A stretch of 19,490 bases of DNA from Bdellovibrionales bacterium (lineage in GTDB: Bacteria; Bdellovibrionota; Bdellovibrionia; Bdellovibrionales; UBA1609), in NCBI GenBank assembly GCA_050246815.1, contig JBFWVI010000052.1:1-19490 (forward strand), read 5' to 3'. Shown one piece after another: positions 17,172 through 19,490 of this stretch (within the stretch, counting starts at the first letter, position 1; the number at the start of each line of letters is the position of its first letter). The notes beneath the pieces are model-generated. The model saw nothing but the letters and a program-made list of their open reading frames with translations. It had not been told where the DNA came from and did not search any database. Both the position numbers and the translations under genes were made by a program.

Positions 17172-18785
17172 TTAAAACATATAAGCCACACCCGCGGAAA
17201 GCGTGGTGTGACGTTGGCTGCTGGACGTGGCGGGTTCGGTGCGCGTGCCGGCTCCCGAGAAATTGGTCGAATATTGTTCGAAGTCCAACTTCATGACGCC
17301 TTTTAAATTTTCTGTGATTTTGCGCAGTCCGAATACGCCAAACATATTGATGGTGTTGTCGGACTCGTCGCCAGAGGTCACGGGGGTTTCCCCTAAGCGG
17401 CCTTTGAAGATGATGAACATTTCTGCGCCTGCGCTCCAGACATTGTCCGGTGTGATCGGAAATTGGCCGCGCACGCCGGCCTTGATGCCGGTGTAATTCA
17501 TGGTGGTGTAGGCTTGTGGGGCCGAGGTGTCCACATACAGACGATAGTTGAAGTAGCCAACCAAGGCTTCGACCGACGGTCCCCAAAGGTTGGCGCCGAA
17601 ACGATAATTGTAGCCCACCAAAAATTCATACTGGGTCAATGATTGATTCAGCTTGTTGGGTGAAGCACCTGCGCGTGGGTTGTCGATCGGGATGATGCCT
17701 TGCTTGAAGCCAGCATGGACACTTAGAGTCGAGGTCACCCAAAGTTCCCCGTCCAGCAGCACGCTTGGTGCAAGAGAAGTGGAAGAGCTTAAGCTGCCCA
17801 CACCGGTCACATCCATTGAGGCGTTGTAAAGAGTGTTGCCCAGGCGCGCACCCACTTGGCCGAAGGTGGGCGCTTTACGCGGCACCCAAACGGTGGGGTT
17901 GTCGCCAAAGCTGACTTTGCTATCAGGGCGTTCATTGAGGCCTTTGCTGCCCGAGGGGTCATCCAAGGAATCCGTGTCAGGATAGTTGACGAAATCAAGG
18001 CCGGAAATTTTAGCGTTTTTGCGAACCGCGCCCTTTTCTTTCTCAGAAACCACGGTGCCAAAACTTAAAGTGTCGTCCACTTTCAAGATTTTCACCCGAC
18101 CAATGATTTCTTTTTCGCTGCTGATCAAAAAGTTGAATTTCGGGTGGCGGGTCAGGCCGATCAGCTGAATGACACTGACCACTTGAGAAGGTTGGATGCC
18201 ATCTTTTTTACCGATATTGATGGTGACCCGTTGATTGTCACGACTCATGATGCGCCCCTGATAGGGAATTTGCGCGAGCACTTTGTTTAGCAGGCCGTCT
18301 AATTCGCCCTTAAGGTCATTCAAGTCGAAGCGTTTGCCGTCTTTCAGCGTGGCGGTGGCAAGCAACTTTGCATCACGGGTTAAAAACAAACTCAGCACAA
18401 TGGCAATGCCATTGGGGCCCTTAGAAATTCGTGCGGCAAAAAAAGCATCGGCTGAAATGCCGCCGGCCATTTGTTTGGCGCGATCCAAGTCTTCAGCCAG
18501 CTCTTCAGGTGAAAGCACCGGTCCTACCGAATTCACCGGCGTTAAGTTCCAGCGATGCATCTTGCCTAAAGTTTCATTGAAGTGATTTTCGAGTGGACGG
18601 GCGTAGATGCCCTGCACGTTATCTGAAAACGGTAACACACTGATCGTGGCGATGGTTAAAAGCTCGTCCACTTCACTTTTGTAGACGGCTCCGGATGAGA
18701 CGGGTTGCGCCTCAGTGCGCTGGACCAAGGTCGAAATTTGCATCAAGCAAAGTGCCACGACAAAGGTCTTGATCTGATTCATCAT
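17172..18785 (-). CDS. Probable outer-membrane protein with periplasmic alpha/beta and FlgT-C-like domains and a C-terminal beta-barrel
   Basis: Signal peptide ending TEA-Q. GGGAG 8 nt before ATG 18785. VTINIGKKDGI..IGRVKILKV..S motif, alternating amphipathic strands, terminal beta-signal AGVAYMF. Confidence 0.8.
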   Translation of the reverse strand: MMNQIKTFVVALCLMQISTLVQRTEAQPVSSGAVYKSEVDELLTIATISVLPFSDNVQGIYARPLENHFNETLGKMHRWNLTPVNSVGPVLSPEELAEDLDRAKQMAGGISADAFFAARISKGPNGIAIVLSLFLTRDAKLLATATLKDGKRFDLNDLKGELDGLLNKVLAQIPYQGRIMSRDNQRVTINIGKKDGIQPSQVVSVIQLIGLTRHPKFNFLISSEKEIIGRVKILKVDDTLSFGTVVSEKEKGAVRKNAKISGLDFVNYPDTDSLDDPSGSKGLNERPDSKVSFGDNPTVWVPRKAPTFGQVGARLGNTLYNASMDVTGVGSLSSSTSLAPSVLLDGELWVTSTLSVHAGFKQGIIPIDNPRAGASPNKLNQSLTQYEFLVGYNYRFGANLWGPSVEALVGYFNYRLYVDTSAPQAYTTMNYTGIKAGVRGQFPITPDNVWSAGAEMFIIFKGRLGETPVTSGDESDNTINMFGVFGLRKITENLKGVMKLDFEQYSTNFSGAGTRTEPATSSSQRHTTLSAGVAYMF

Positions 18786-18844
18786 CCAATCGACTCCCAC
18801 GCTATTTAAGTGTGCAGGTCTTCACCCGCTTTGGTCAATTTGCA

Positions 18845-18872
18845 TCAAGTGGTTGCGCGTCAGATCCGAAAA
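18845..18872 (+). promoter_or_regulatory. Sigma28 (FliA)-like promoter, probably leaderless
   Basis: TCAA-N16-TCCGAAAA with ATG 7 nt later. Confidence 0.55.
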
Positions 18873-18879
18873 GAAAGAG

Positions 18880-19490
18880 ATGCTCAAACACTGCCTTGGT
18901 CTCGCTTTATGTCTGTTCGCCACCCAAGCTTGGGGGCAAATTGATCCGTCTTCGGCGGTTCTTTTGCGTAGTGGCGCCAAAGCCCCTGAAAAAGAGCAGT
19001 TGGATCGTGGGCGTTACACCATTCGCCAAGGTGAGACCATACAACCGAAACAGCCGGCTTCAGCACCTGAACTGCCTAAAAAAGTACATTCACCAGCGCC
19101 AAAACCTGGCCCCACCGTGAGTGCAGAGGAGCCAAAGGCACAGGCCGCAACGACTGAGCCAACAAGTGCGGTCGTCGTACCCCCACGCAGCACACCCATT
19201 TTGCCAGAATCCTTGACCGAACAAGTGAAAGAAATTGTGATGGGCGGATCTGAGCAGGCCATTGAAAGTTATCGTGACCGCTTGCATGCGGACGATCTTC
19301 GCAACAATCTGATGGAAATTGAATTGGCCCCGGCCTACATCTACACCGAATCCAGCAGTAACTATTGGTTTCGCTCTTATTCGCTTTCATCGCCGGGGTT
19401 TATGGTGGCGGCGCAGATTTGGATTACGCCGTTCTTTGGTATTCGTTCGTCGTTTATCAACAGCATGGACTCGTCAATTTACGATGCGGG
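18880..19490 (+). CDS. Exported protein, probable outer-membrane beta-barrel (3'-truncated by window end, absent from ORF track)
   Basis: Hand translation is open to the end: MLKHCLGLALCLFATQAWG-QIDPSS..., Pro/Ala/Glu-rich linker, then strand-like NLMEIELAPAYIY..GFMVAAQIWITPFFGIRSSF. Confidence 0.8.
   Translation, partial: MLKHCLGLALCLFATQAWGQIDPSSAVLLRSGAKAPEKEQLDRGRYTIRQGETIQPKQPASAPELPKKVHSPAPKPGPTVSAEEPKAQAATTEPTSAVVVPPRSTPILPESLTEQVKEIVMGGSEQAIESYRDRLHADDLRNNLMEIELAPAYIYTESSSNYWFRSYSLSSPGFMVAAQIWITPFFGIRSSFINSMDSSIYDA

Noticed and set aside
18812..19390. Short ORFs listed in the track at the right end
   Set aside because: Superseded by the continuous + strand ORF from ATG 18880, which has a signal peptide and promoter motif.

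Overview
Chromosomal window from a Gram-negative bacterium, most likely a Bdellovibrionota-type predator. This is inferred from protein styles, not from a database search. It holds tRNA-Asn(GTT), a type III PKS plus ICMT-family methyltransferase pair, an orphan membrane histidine kinase and groES-groEL with a sigma32-type promoter and strong terminator. About 10 of the 15 CDSs carry export signals: a 1172-aa phage-tail-fibre-like adhesin, a putative exported HD-domain protein, a signal-peptide-bearing C26 gamma-glutamyl hydrolase, two alpha/beta hydrolases, three unknowns and a divergent pair of probable outer-membrane beta-barrel proteins. The second barrel gene runs off the window end and is missing from the ORF track. 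No integrase, transposase, CRISPR array or prophage is evident. The most notable unexplained structure is regulatory: recurring sigma28-like promoters (two apparently leaderless), recurring sigma54-like GG-N10-GC motifs before exported-enzyme genes, and a repeated GTCTC-N5-GAGAC palindrome.
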